The notes under the pieces: model-generated
The model's input: the letters and a program-made list of their open reading frames with translations, nothing else
Databases searched by the model: none
What the model was told of the DNA's origin: nothing
Translations under genes and position numbers: made by a program
NCBI RefSeq assembly: GCF_006345805.1
Contig: NC_043010.1
Coordinates: forward strand, 10,850,001 to 10,914,000
DNA: 64,000 bases
Source: Octopus sinensis
Lineage: Eukaryota
Direction of reading: 5' to 3'
Shown here: piece by piece, positions 12,872-25,926 of the stretch
How the letters are laid out: every line of letters begins with the position of its first letter
Position numbering within the stretch: position 1 is the stretch's first letter

Positions 12872-12890
12872 CCATCATCATCATCACCAG
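12262..12890. repeat. (CAT)n microsatellite with four copies of a ~50-bp variant block
   Basis: The block attgtcgtc...cataattctctctatca recurs at ~12424, 12552, 12622 and 12784. Confidence 0.9.
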
Positions 12891-13311
12891 TGATTTAATG
12901 TGCACCTTCCCTTTGCTTGTATAGGTCAGAGGAAATTAGCTGAGACAGATTTTCTTCATCATGGTGCTTCCTTTCCTGCTACTAACCACCATCTCATTTG
13001 CAATATGTTAATATTTCTTCCTGGTCAGACATATAAGCTACCACCTTTTTTTTTGTTGGGTAGGGAGACTGGTTGCTCATTATTCTATGTATTTCCATGA
13101 AGACTGAAAATGAAAGAAACCATTGGTATGAGAACGATGCCCGTTTACTACAATCACATGATGTCAAGACAAGTGGAGAGTAACCCACACATACATGTAC
13201 ACATACTTATATATATGTGAGCAAGGGTGTGTGAGTTTTTGCTACAGCATGACCATAGCCTTTGGGTTGAAACATAAAAGAAAGAAATACAAAATGTATA
13301 TGTATGTATAT

Positions 13312-13880
13312 CACCATCCGAATGTGGCCGATGCCAGCGCCGCCTTGACTGGCTTCTGTGCTGTTGGCACATAAAAGGCACCATCCGAACGTGGCCGATG
13401 CCTGCGCCGCCTTGACTGGCTTCTGTGCTGTTGGCACATAAAAGGCACCATCCGAACGTGGCCGATGCCTGCACCGCCTTGACAGGCTTCTGTGACGGTG
13501 GCATGTAAAAAGCACCATCCGAACGTGGCCGATGCCAGCGGCGCCTTGACTGGCTTCTGTGACGGTGGCATGTAAAAAGCACCATCCGAACGTGGCCGAT
13601 GCCAGCGGCGCCTTGACAGGCTTCTGTGCCGGTGGCACGTAAAAAGCACCAACCAAAAATGGCCACTGCCAGACTCCCCTGGCACCTGTGCCGGTGGCAC
13701 GTAAAAAGCACCCACTACACTCACGGAGTGGTTGGCGTTAGGAAGGGCATCCAGCTGTAGAAACACTGCCAGAGCAGACTGGAGCCTGGTGCAGCCTCCT
13801 GGCTTCCCAGACCCCGGTCAAACCGTCCAACCCATGCTAGCACGGAAAACGGACATTAAACGATGATGATGATGATGATA
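13312..13880 (+). mobile_element. Family D element: five tandem 67-bp units, one diverged unit, then a body ending in (GAT)n
   Basis: Units start at 13312, 13379, 13446, 13513 and 13580; the tail GGAAGGGCATCCAGC...GGAAAACGGACATTAAACGATGATGAT is shared with 37565 and 57364. Confidence 0.85.
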
Positions 13881-13984
13881 TAAGTATGCACTTTTTATTT
13901 TCTTATTCTTTTATGCATTTCAGCTCAGAGGCTGTGGCCATGCAGGGCCACTACCAATATCATCACCTTTTCAATGGTCAATCT

Positions 13985-14148
13985 GATGCAATTGGCTTTT
14001 GGTGGAGGAGGGAGTTTGATATTGCCTTCTTCTGTGTTTATTGTCATGAATTAGGGTCAGCTGAAACCTTGGACAGCAAGAGGTCAAATTGTTTCTTGCA
14101 AACATCTACCCCTATTCCATGTAGATCTCTCAGGTGTTTTGGCAAGGT
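13985..14148 (-). mobile_element. Degenerate LINE ORF2 C-terminal fragment (CR1/L2-group type)
   Basis: LPKHLRDLHGIGVDVCKKQFDLLLSKVSADP...SNSLLHQ with internal stops. Confidence 0.65.
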
Positions 14149-14194
14149 GTATTATATATATACATATATTTGTATATCTGTGTGTTTCTTTATG

Positions 14195-14600
14195 TACTCT
14201 TACTCTTTTACTTTTTTCAGTCATTTTACTGTGGCCATGCTGGAGCACCGCCTTTAGTCAAGCAAATCGACCCCAGGACTTATTCTTTGTATGTCTAGTA
14301 CTTATTTTATCGGTCTCTTTTGCCGAACCGCTAAGTGACGGGGACGTAAACACACCAGCATCGGTTGTCAAACAATGCTAGGGGGACAAAGACAGACACA
14401 TAAACACACATATAATATATATATATATAATTAATATATACGACAGGCTTCTTTCAGTTCCGTCTACCAATCCACTCACAAGGCTTTGGTCGGCCCGAGG
14501 CTATAGTAGAAGACACTTGCCAAGATGCCACGCAGTGGGACTGAACCCGGAACCGTGTGGTTGGTAAGCAAGCTACTTACCACACAGCCACTCCTGCGCC
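14195..14600 (-). mobile_element. SINE family A, full length
   Basis: Reverse complement of the consensus. Confidence 0.92.
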
Positions 14601-14798
14601 TATGTATGTATATTTCTAAAAATTCCTCAGATGCAGCAGTGTGGTTGTTTTCATATCTCATGTCAGCTGCTGGTTCCAAGATCCCTTAAATGAAATAAAA
14701 TAGGCCAATTGTTAGTGACAGGAAGAGCACGAAACTGTAAAAAAATACCTTGTCAATATATTCTTCTAATCCATGCTAGCATGAAAAAAGTGGACATA

Positions 14799-14973
14799 GG
14801 CGCAGGAGTGGCTGTGTGGTAAGCAGCTTGTTTACCAACCACATGGTTCCGGGTTCAGTCCCACTGTGTGGCACCTTGGGCAAGTGTCTTCTACTACAGC
14901 CTCGGGCCAACCAAAGACTTGTGAGTGGATTTGGTAGACAGAAACTGAAAGAAGCCCGTCGTATATATGTATG

Positions 14974-15004
<31 letters not shown>

Positions 15005-15206
15005 TTATGTGTCTGTCTTTGTCCCCCTAGCATTGCTTGACAACCGATGCTGGTGTGTTTATGTCCCCGTTACTTAGCGGTTCAGCAAAAGAGACCGATA
15101 GAATAAGTACTAGGCTTACAAAAGAATAAGTCCCGGGGTCGAGTTGCTCGATGAAAGGCGGTACTCCAGCATGGCCGCAGTCAAATGACTGTAACGAGTA
15201 AAAAGG
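14799..15206 (+). mobile_element. SINE family A, full length
   Basis: Consensus match; head-to-head with 14195-14600. Confidence 0.92.
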
Positions 15207-16198
15207 GTATACATACTTTTTCACTGGAGAAAGAAAGAGATTTAATAGGACTTGAGTGCTAAGTGTTAAATGACATGAACACTGGTTCAGTTCTGATAGC
15301 ATATAAGCTACCACCTTTTTTTTGTTGGGTAGGGAGACTGGTGGCTCATTATTCGATGTAATTAATCATCTTCCTTCTGAAAGAAACATGTTCTCAAACA
15401 TCAATTCTTAATTTTCTGTTATTTTTAATCAAAAACACCAAAGTAAACTTAATATATTATTTTATAATATATTATTATTATATTATTTTTTAAAACTTAC
15501 AACAACACTAATATCTATACTCTGGAAGTTTCAAGATTCTATCTCTTAGAAATTATTACAGAAAATATTAAATTTCTCATGTTAAGATGTTGTATGCCTA
15601 TATTCATTTGATGGGGTTTTTAAATTTTTGCTGAAGTTTTTATTATTATTCTCATCTTCCAGATGAAATATAGATGGCTATGTCAAATATTGATTTCTTA
15701 CGTAAGCACATTGTTTCAGATTTATAGGAGAAGGGAGAACCAAACAATATGAAAAATCAAATTGCTCAAATTCTCATGATGACCCAGTCTTAAGCAACAA
15801 GGTCAATATTGAATATAAAAGGATTTTAATATCCTCTGTCTTCAATAATCCCTTTAGATTTCCATAATTTTGTTGCAAAATTGACGCACCCTTTTTCTTA
15901 ATATTGCTGGTAAATAGAAATGTAGAATGTGAATGATTTATATTTAGGAAACGAATGGCAGATTCTCAGAATGACATCATCATCTACATCATCGCTTTAG
16001 TGTTGACTTCTCCATAGCCACATGGGTTAGATGGAATTTGTTGAAGCAGGGTTTCATCAGTAGCAGGATGCCCTTCCTGTCAACAACCCTCACCTAACTC
16101 TAAGCAAGGTAATATTTCCCCAAGGCCTGACATGTTTCAGAAGTTTGGAAATAAAGAACCCTAATTGAATGATAGTGATATTCATAACTATCATGTGA

Positions 16199-16419
16199 TA
16201 TCCTTTTCTACTCTAGGCACAAGGCCGAAAATTTGGGGGAGGTGGGGGGGGGCAGTCGATTAGATCGGCCTCAGTATGCAACTGGTACTTAATGTATCAA
16301 GACCGAAAGTATGAAAGGCAAAGTCGACCTTGGTGGAATTTAAACTCAGAATGTAAAGACAGATGAAATACCACTAAGCATTTCGCCCATGCTAATGTTT
16401 TTGCCAGCTCGCCACCTTA
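16199..16419 (-). mobile_element. SINE family B, diverged
   Basis: Reverse complement of AAGGTGGCGAGCTGGCA...GAGTTTAAATTCCACC. Confidence 0.7.
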
Positions 16420-16770
16420 ACTATCATGTAACATCAAAACAAGCTGACACTAACACAAGCTGACACTAACACAAGCATGCATGCACATGCAGATATATGC
16501 ATACACAGACAACACACACATGCATGTACACACACACACACATACATATATAAATTTATATATATATATATATATATATATACAAAGAGCTTCTTTCAGT
16601 TTCCATCTACCAAATCCAATGACAAGACTTTGGCTGGCACAGGGTTATAATAGAAGAAACAATTAAGGTCCCCTGATGGGAGTGAACCTGAAAGCATACA
16701 TCGTAGTATACAAGCAGGTCTGCACTTTCTTAGCACAGACCAACAATACTTGAGGCCATGTTTATATAAT

Positions 16771-17830
16771 GTAAGTAGCTTGCTTACCAATTACATGGTT
16801 CCGGGTTCATTCCCACTGCGTGGCACCTTGGGCAAGTGTCTTCTACTATAACCTCGGGCCGACCAAAGGCTGTGAGTGTATTTGGTAGATGGAAACTGAA
16901 AGAGGCCCGTTGTATATTATATATATATATATATATATATAAATATATATATATGTATGTGTGTGTCTGTTTATGTGTTTGTATTTGTGCCCCAACATCG
17001 CTTGACAACCGATGGTTGTGTATTTACGTCCCCGTAACTTAGTGGTTCAGCAAAAGAGACCGATAGAATAAGTACTAGGCTTACAAAGAATAAGTCCTGG
17101 TGTCAATTTGCTCGACTAAAAGGTGGTGCTCCAGCATGACCACAGTCAAATGACTGAAACAAGTAAAAGAGTAAGACTAACAATTTTCTAAGACGATACA
17201 GAAAAATAAATCATCCTCTCTACTTGATTGGGAGTAGTATTATAAATCCCAGAATTATAAAAAGCAAAGTCATCTTTCAAACAAGATTTGATCTCACACT
17301 ATAAAAGGGACATAACTAAATGACGAAAGGGGATTGTTGTCTTTTGCTCTAGTAAACCTACTAATCCACCAGCTTTATAGAGCGTTGTAAAATTAACAAT
17401 AGGCGCAGGAGTGGCTGTGTGGTAAGTAGCTTGTCTACCAACCACATGGTTCCGGGTTCTGTTCCACTGCATGGCACCTTGGGCAAGTGTCTTCTACTAT
17501 AGCCTCAGGCCGACCAATGCCTTCTGAGTTGATTTGGTAGACGGAAACTGAAAGAAGCCCCCCGTCGTATATATGTATATATATAATAATATATATAATA
17601 TTATATATATTATATGTATGTGTATGGTGTGTGTTTGTGTGTCTGTGTTTGACCCCTTGCATTGCTTGACAACCGATGTTGGTGTGTTTATGTCCCCGTC
17701 ACTTAGCAGTTCGGCAAAAGAGACCGATAGAATAAGTACTGGGCTTACAAAGAATAAGTCCCAGGGTCGAGTTGCTTGATTAAAAGCGGTGCTCCAGCAT
17801 GGCTGTAGTCAAATGACTGAAACAAGTATA
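16771..17830 (+). mobile_element. Two SINE family A copies (16771-17175, 17402-17830)
   Basis: Consensus matches. Confidence 0.88.
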
Positions 17831-18027
17831 AAAAAAAATGTTCAAATTATACAGTAGAAGTGAATTTGTCATGAGGGAGTGGGAAATCGACAGTTTCAGA
17901 CAGAGTTCTTCTTTAGTAAGAAGTCAACAATGGAAAGTTAAAAAGATATAGCAGTGTTTATATATTTTCTAAGTTAGAAAAACCATGTGTGTGTGTGTGT
18001 GTTTATGTGTATGTATATGTGTAATAT

Positions 18028-18208
18028 AGTTAATCCAAACAAGAAAGAGCAAAAAAACACAACGCGAGGACTTGGAACAAATATAGTATTATTGGATGCT
18101 CAGGGAAGAAGGAAAGAAGGAGGATTTAACGTTTCGAGCGGAGCTCTTTGTTGGAAACATAGGAGAAGGAAAGATCCAGAGAAGGGAAGACAGAGGAAAA
18201 AAAAAATA
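18028..18208 (-). mobile_element. Short Penelope-type terminal fragment with a hammerhead-like motif (18124-18158)
   Basis: Near-identical to 31628-31812 and 61335-61510; reverse complement reads GTTT-CCAACAA-A-GAGC-TCC-GCTC-GAAA-CGTT-AAAT. Confidence 0.7.
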
Positions 18209-18234
18209 TATATATATATATATATATGTGTATA

Positions 18235-18970
18235 TGTTTGTGTGTCTGTGTTTCCCCTCCCCCCGCAACATCGCTTCACAACTGATGCTTGTGTGTTTAC
18301 GGTCCTGTAACTTACCAGTTCAGCAAAAGAGACCAACAGAATAAGTGCTAGGCTTACAAAGAATAAGTCCTGGGGTCGATTTGCTTGATTAAAAGGCGGT
18401 GCTCCAGCATGGCTGCAGTCAAATGACTGAAACAAGTAAAAGAGAATAAAAGAGAGATATATTTCACAGACTTTGTCATATGCTTTCATTTGTAACCCCT
18501 AGTAAGAGTTTCGAATGCTTTGCATCTTCTTGAGGCTTTGCGACTGATAAAGAAAGGAGTATTGTTATCATCATCATCATCATCATTATCATCATCATCA
18601 TCATCATTATCATCATCATCATCATCATTATTCAGTAGTCTTATCACTGGCTTTCACTGCACTAGCGAGCACAGCTCAGTGTGCTTCGAATATATGCTGT
18701 GGTTTGTAGTGATGCTCTTATTTTTACTGTGTTGAAAGTGTTTTACATGGGATGTGTGCGTTACGTAGTGCTGCTTTTTTTTGTATTACTCTTTTTACTC
18801 TTTTACTCTTTTACTTGTTTCAGTCATTTGACTGCGGCCATGCTGGAGCACCGCCTTTAATCGAGCAACTCGACCCCGTGACTTAGTCTTTTGTAAGCCC
18901 ACTACTTATTCTATCGGTCTCTTTTGCCGAACCGCTAAGTAACGGGGGACCTAAACACACCAGCATCGGA
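18235..18970. mobile_element. Two SINE family A 3' halves in opposite orientation (18235-18450 +, 18787-18970 -)
   Basis: Consensus 3' half matches. Confidence 0.85.
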
Positions 18971-19202
18971 TAATGACGTAATGTATCTCCTTTCTGGTAT
19001 CCTGAAACCAAAGGGAGACCAACCCCTCTTGCTGACATTGAGTAGCAAGGTACTTTCCTCTTCCACATTCTAGAGAAGCCACTCACCAGAGAGGCCTTAA
19101 GCCAGTAGGTTTTGGATCTGATATTACACTGTAAAGCTGAATGCATAATGGACAGAAAACCCAGGGTAATCCTATAAACCAGCCTCATCTAACTTTATTT
19201 AT

Positions 19203-19243
<41 letters not shown>

Positions 19244-19414
19244 TTTTCCAAATTGGAGGTGAACACATTTCTCTATATGATCTGCTTGAAACATTGTTAA
19301 GTTACTTGGAAATTTTCCCACTCTCCTTAACATGAAACCAGTGAGAACCTTAATTCACAAATAAAAAATTATTTATCCATAAATGAGGTGATGAGCACTC
19401 ATTCCAACGTTCTA

Positions 19415-19468
<54 letters not shown>

Positions 19469-19808
19469 TATATGCAGACTTTAGGTAGTTAAATATGTTT
19501 GTGACATATTTCACTTTCTAAAGGCAGACTCACTGCAGTTATTGTGGAGAAAACAAATTTTAATTTATGATAAAAGGTGTAGAAGCACCATATCTACTCA
19601 GTACTGCCCACTATCAGATTCCCAGATGCATTTCTATATGATTATATGTGTGTGAGTGAGAGAGAGAGAGAGAGAGAGAAAGAAAGAGAAAGTGTGTATG
19701 TGTGTGTGTGTGTGGACATATGCATTTATATAGGTATACATATGTGTATTAAAGATATTAATGTCAACAAGAAATCCTCTAAACTGGTGGATTTTTCAAA
19801 TGAAATAC

Positions 19809-19930
19809 CCAGCAATATTTGTTCTGCTCAAGTTGAACAATGATCCCTTGTCACTCTCACTATCATAAATACAGTGAACCAAACAGTGTGATACTGTAAA
19901 CCAGTAACTAATGAAGCTTTTGTCAAAAAT
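19809..19930 (-). CDS. Candidate exon (IFDKSFISYWFTVSHCLVHCIYDSESDKGSLFNLSRTNIA), gene unknown
   Basis: Acceptor ttattttgttatattAG; one open frame over 122 nt; weak donor GG|GTATTT. Confidence 0.35.
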
Positions 19931-20016
19931 CTAATATAACAAAATAAATTAATACAATATTACAATATTGTTCAACTGCTTCCAAATTAGGCTGTAACTA
20001 TACATATATATATATA

Positions 20017-20049
20017 AAATCTCTGAGCGAGGGCTATATGTACATATAG

Positions 20050-20083
<34 letters not shown>

Positions 20084-20124
20084 TATATATATATAATATA
20101 TATGATAAATCTCTGAGCGAGGGC

Positions 20125-20155
<31 letters not shown>

Positions 20156-20187
20156 ATAATAAATCTCTGAGCGAGGGCTATATGTAT
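20017..20187. repeat. Three copies of AAATCTCTGAGCGAGGGCTATATGTA separated by (TA)n
   Basis: Copies at 20017, 20107 and 20161. Confidence 0.9.
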
Positions 20188-20474
20188 ATATATATATATA
20201 TATATTTATATCACCAAGAAATACAAACTTTCTTAGAAAGGTTGTGAAAAATACAGTTGGATTGCTCTAATTGGTGAATATAATAACTTGGGATGCTTAA
20301 ATACTTGCCAGAAGCTATAGAGTAGATAGACACATATGTACCTAGGCAGAGCACTTTTCAAATCCCCTGAGCAGAGATTTAATCATTGGAAGTGCACAAT
20401 GACTCAATACATAAGACATTTTATATATGTATATATATATATTATATATATATATATATTATACATATATAGGT

Positions 20475-20507
<33 letters not shown>

Positions 20508-20535
20508 AGTATATATATATATATATATATATATA

Positions 20536-20568
<33 letters not shown>

Positions 20569-21093
20569 AATATATACAAATATATTTATTTTTTATTTTA
20601 ATATATTTTATATATATATATATAATATATATATATATAATAAAAAATAAATATATTTGTATATAGTTATATATATATATAGTATATATATATATTATGT
20701 ATATAATATATATATCTATATATATATATATATAATATATATAAATTATATATATACATATATACACATATATTTATTTTTTATTTTATATATATATACA
20801 AAATGGTTGAGATTGAGAAAATTACTACAGTTGGTATGTATGTAAAAGAAAAAAAAAATGGGAACTTATGATGTGATTAGGCTGGTTGAAGTGGCATAGT
20901 TTAAGGAAGAGCTAAGAAATTAATCAAAGTGAATTTCGAATAAATCTGATTTCAAACTACAGTAGGGACAAAAGAATGAGACATTAAATTTCTAGGTGTG
21001 GAAAATACACCTTACACTGATTTCAATGATTCTCCATAAACAAAATTAATGAGAAAAGGGGCTACTCAACAAAAGTGATTATTTAATTTATAT

Positions 21094-21151
<58 letters not shown>

Positions 21152-21179
21152 CAACAAACACACACACACATATATGGAT

Positions 21180-21212
<33 letters not shown>

Positions 21213-21314
21213 GTATGTCTTCTCTCTCTGCATGGATATATGTACACATGTATGTATGTATGTATGTATGTATGTATGTATGTATGCATGTGTGTGTGTA
21301 TGTATGTATGTATG

Positions 21315-21348
<34 letters not shown>

Positions 21349-21479
21349 TGTATGCATATATGTGTGCATATGTATGTATTGTATGTCAGGTTAGCAATGT
21401 ACAGCTGGATGGATGTTTAGATTTCTATATATACCTGTATGTGTGGATTGTGTTGTATGTATGTTTCTCAGTATGCATG

Positions 21480-21515
<36 letters not shown>

Positions 21516-22059
21516 CAAACATCAATATGCTGTGATATATGATGTATATCTATTTTACATACATGTTTTTATGTGTGTGTGTGTACATATGTATATCTAC
21601 CTATCTACTATTTTTTCAACATATACTCTCAAACCTCTTTGTAATTCTGTATCTCACAGTACACAAACACATATATACGCACACTACAGTACATACCTAC
21701 ATGTTCACAATATTAAGCACATGTAGAGTTATAAGAAAACGTTCATATATACACATCCATCCATCCATCCATCCATACATACATACATACATACATACAT
21801 ACATACATACATACATACACACACATACTACAATACACACACACACACCAGCATGCATTGCATGCATACATACCATAATAATACATACATACATACATAC
21901 ATACATACATACACAAACATACATACATACATATGAGTGTGTAATGTCGGTATGCATATATTTCTCATTTCGAAATTTTAATATTATATTCATATTGGGA
22001 TTAAGCAATTTTTTCTTTATTTGTCAATTTGATATTATAGAATTCTCCTTACGTATATT

Positions 22060-22134
<75 letters not shown>

Positions 22135-22759
22135 TATTATTGATAGATAGATAGATAGATAGATAGATAGGTAGTTAGGGAGGGAGGGAGGTAGGTTGGT
22201 ATGTAGGTAGGTAGATTGATTGATAGATACGGATATGAATATGTATATACAAACATATACATATCAATAAATACACACATGCATACACACACACATATCC
22301 ATATACTTACTTGTGTATATACATATATACGTATACATGTATATATATTTAGCTACGTATATGTACATATATATGTGTGTGTGTGTACGTATACATCTAC
22401 ACACATATGCACATATATATATATATCTCTGTATGTATTATATCCACAGACACATACACATATACATACAAATGCTCACCCCCACACACACATGAGACTG
22501 TAAAATTTCATTGGGTATATACATTTGTTGACACATAATGATACAGACATTCACACATGTGATGTCTTCCATATGTATGTATTAAAAAGTACGCATTCCT
22601 CAATTTGAGATATTAATAATAAATTCATGTATGGATTAATCAATTTTTTTTTATTTTCAATTTTCAATTTGACATTAATCAATTCTTCTTTTTTTCTTCT
22701 TGTCTCAATCATTTGCTCAGTTCTCGATTCCTAGCAATTATATACATACATATATAAAT

Positions 22760-22809
<50 letters not shown>

Positions 22810-22902
22810 TTATATATATATATCACGATAGTGATGATGATGATGATGATTATGATATATATATATTATATATATATATGATGATGATATATATATGTAC
22901 AG

Positions 22903-22941
<39 letters not shown>

Positions 22942-23169
22942 CATATTTACATCTATCTATTTTTGTATAGATATATGTATATATTTATTATGATGCATAT
23001 ATATATATACATATTTATATATGTACATATATATGTATATATTTACACACATATATCCACACACACATACATACGCATGCATATAATATTAATGATAATA
23101 TAATAATAACAACAACAACAACCATATTAATAATAATAATAATAATAATAATAATTAATAATAATAATA

Positions 23170-23705
23170 ATCCTTCCTACTATAGGCACAAGGCCTGAAA
23201 TTTTGCGGGAGGGGGCTAGTTGATTACATCGATCCCAGTACTCGGCTGGTACTTATTTCATCGACCACAAAAGGATGAAACGCAAAGTTGATAATAATAC
23301 ATGAACTGAAATTCTAGGGGAGAGGCTTAGTTGATTATATTGACCCCAGAGTGCTCAACAGATCCTTATTTTATAGAGTCCAAGTGGATGAACAGCAAAG
23401 TCAGTCTCAGCATGGTTTGAACTCAGAGTATAAAACCACAAAATATCCTGCAAGGCACTTTGGTGGGTCCCCTAAAGATTCTGCCAGCTCACAGCCTTAA
23501 TATTAATAATGCATTTAAAATTTGGCAGTAATTTCTGGAGAGGGGGAAAATCGATTAGATTCGACTCAGTAAGCAACTGGTACTTATTTTATCGATCCCA
23601 AGTGGATGAAAGCAAAGTTGTCTGTCCATGGCAGAATTTGAGCTCCGAACACGAAGATGGAAGAAATAGTACTAAACTAATGATTCTGTCAGCTTGCAGC
23701 CCTAA
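23170..23705 (-). mobile_element. Cluster of three diverged SINE family B copies
   Basis: Repeated CTGGTACTTATTT...ATCGAC...GGATGAAAGCAAAG blocks. Confidence 0.7.
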
Positions 23706-23734
23706 CAATAATAATAATAATAATAATAATAATA

Positions 23735-24085
23735 GGGAATGATAGCAAAAGGGGCTGATAGCTACCTAACTCAGATACCAGGAAACCCAAAAATGGCAGA
23801 AATTCAAAAGATAGTGCTCATGGGAACTGCTCATATCCTACACAAAATACTTTCTATGTAATCTCAAGGTTTAAAACAAACATAATTTTCGGTTTAAAAA
23901 AAAAAAAATTATAAAAAAATTTTTTTTTTTTGACATTCATTAGTACAACACCAAAAACTCCCCCCCCCCCAATATATGGCACACTAGGCATAACAGCAGC
24001 ATGAACTTCCAACCTGTTGTCTCTTGAGGTCTCTGGGTGAGACTTGGAGCCAACTTGTACAAATATAAAGCAAAACTCAAACATA

Positions 24086-24117
<32 letters not shown>
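23735..24117 (+). mobile_element. 5'-truncated R4/Dong-clade non-LTR retrotransposon within an (AAT)n array
   Basis: 23736-23861 encodes GMIAKGADSYLTQIPGNPKMAEIQKIVLMGTAHILHKILSM*, matching the QK.vl.GTA.Il terminus of REL-endonuclease LINEs; (AAT)n lies on both sides. Confidence 0.75.
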
Positions 24118-24118
<1 letters not shown>

Positions 24119-24559
24119 TGATGATGATGATAATAACCTTAATTGAATTAATCCTCAGTACATAGTTATAGGCAATGAGTAGGCAGAATAAGTTATTTAA
24201 ATATCTCGCAGTATTTGTTCTGGTTCCTTGAACTCCGAAATCAAATCTTGCTGTGGTTAACTATACCTTTTCCTTTGAAAGAGAGAGTGAGTTGATGAAA
24301 AAATACAAATCCAGCAAGGTGACTTGGTAAAAAATGTAAGAATATCAAACCAGATGCCTTGCAGTAGTATTTGTTTCATTCTCTGATTTTTTAGTAAAAC
24401 TACCAAATTTTCCAATCTTCAAGCTTGGTGTAGTAGATAAGACGAATCTTTGAAACAAAGGATGGCACAAAATAGCTGTGTGGAACTAAAAGAAGAGTGC
24501 TTCCTACAAAAGGCCTACCGTATGTGTCCCAGAAAATGAATGGAAACCTATGTACTTGA

Positions 24560-24941
24560 TGGAAGCACTCCGTCAGTTACGACGACGAGGGTTCCGGTTG
24601 ATCCGATCAACGGAACAGCCTGCTCATGAAATTAACGTGTAAGTGGCTGAGCATTCCACAGACACGTGTACCCTTAACGTAGTTCTCGGGGATATTCAGC
24701 ATGACACAGAGAGTGACAAGGCTGGCCCTTTGAAATACAGGTACAACAGAAACAGGAAGTAAGAGTGAGAGAAAGTTGTGGTGAAAGAGTACTGCAGGGA
24801 TCACCACCATCCCCTGCTGGAGCCTCGTGGAGCTTTAGGTGTTTTCGCTCAATAAACACTCACAACGCCCGGTCTGGGAATCGAAACCGCGATCCTACGA
24901 CCGTGAATCCGCTGCCCTAACCACTGGGCCATTGCGCCTCC
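24560..24941 (-). mobile_element. SINE family C, near full length
   Basis: tRNA-like head GAGGCGCAATGGCCCAGTGGTTAG...GGTTTCGATTCCC; body shared with the other C copies. Confidence 0.85.
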
Positions 24942-25871
24942 ATAGTTTATGTATCTGAGAGAATGGATAAATGGAGGCATATATTCCCTACGAAAATGAA
25001 GGAATGATATATAGTTTGTGCACATTTTATTGACCCCAGATAAAGATAAGATGATATCAAACTCTACTAGAATTTGAACTTAGAATGCAGAGGAATAAAA
25101 CTAAGAACTGTACTGTAAGTTGCTCTTCAATTACTTCCACTTCACCATTTTTCAATGTATTATTAATATTGTCATGTTTTATGTTTGAAAAGAAAAGAGA
25201 GAAAAAAAATTACAGCAGCATTCATAACTCTTCTGTCAATATGTTGTGTATTGGTGCCGTGATTTTAAAATAGATTTTTTCCCCACTTAATATCTGCTAG
25301 AAATATAACAAATGCCCTTTTAGGTGATTTTTGAGGTAGTGGTTGCATAAGGAAGGGGAAGAGGTAAAAAAAATTGGAAGCTATGGATTTTAAAGAATAA
25401 AAAGCTGCTGGAATTCAAAAAGTATGGTTAATTAAAAATGTGATGGATGCAGTGAGCTTGACTCACATCTGTATGTGTGTATGTGTGTTTGTATTTGTGT
25501 GTGCATGCACGTGTGTACATGTGTGTGTGTGTCTATGCATAAATATATATGCATATGCATATATATGTGTATGTGTGAATGTATGCATGTGATTGCTTAT
25601 GTGTACACGAATATACATTTAAATATATGCATACATGTATAAGTTTAAATTTATACATTTACATATTTGTATACATATGTATACAAACACACACACATAT
25701 ATAGAGAGAGAGAGTGAGAGAAGGACATATATGCACATATATATATATATATATATATATTACATATACATAGATATATATATAAATTTGTGTATGTATA
25801 TCTCTGTGTGTGTATATATATATACACACACACACATATATATATATATATTTATACATACACATGTGTAT

Positions 25872-25926
<55 letters not shown>

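Noticed and set aside
12162-12905. Long poly-His, poly-Met and poly-Ser ORFs
   Set aside because: These are translations of a (CAT)n microsatellite, open in several frames on both strands.
20017-20187. CRISPR-like repeat-spacer pattern
   Set aside because: Only three units, spacers are TA microsatellite, no cas genes, eukaryotic context.
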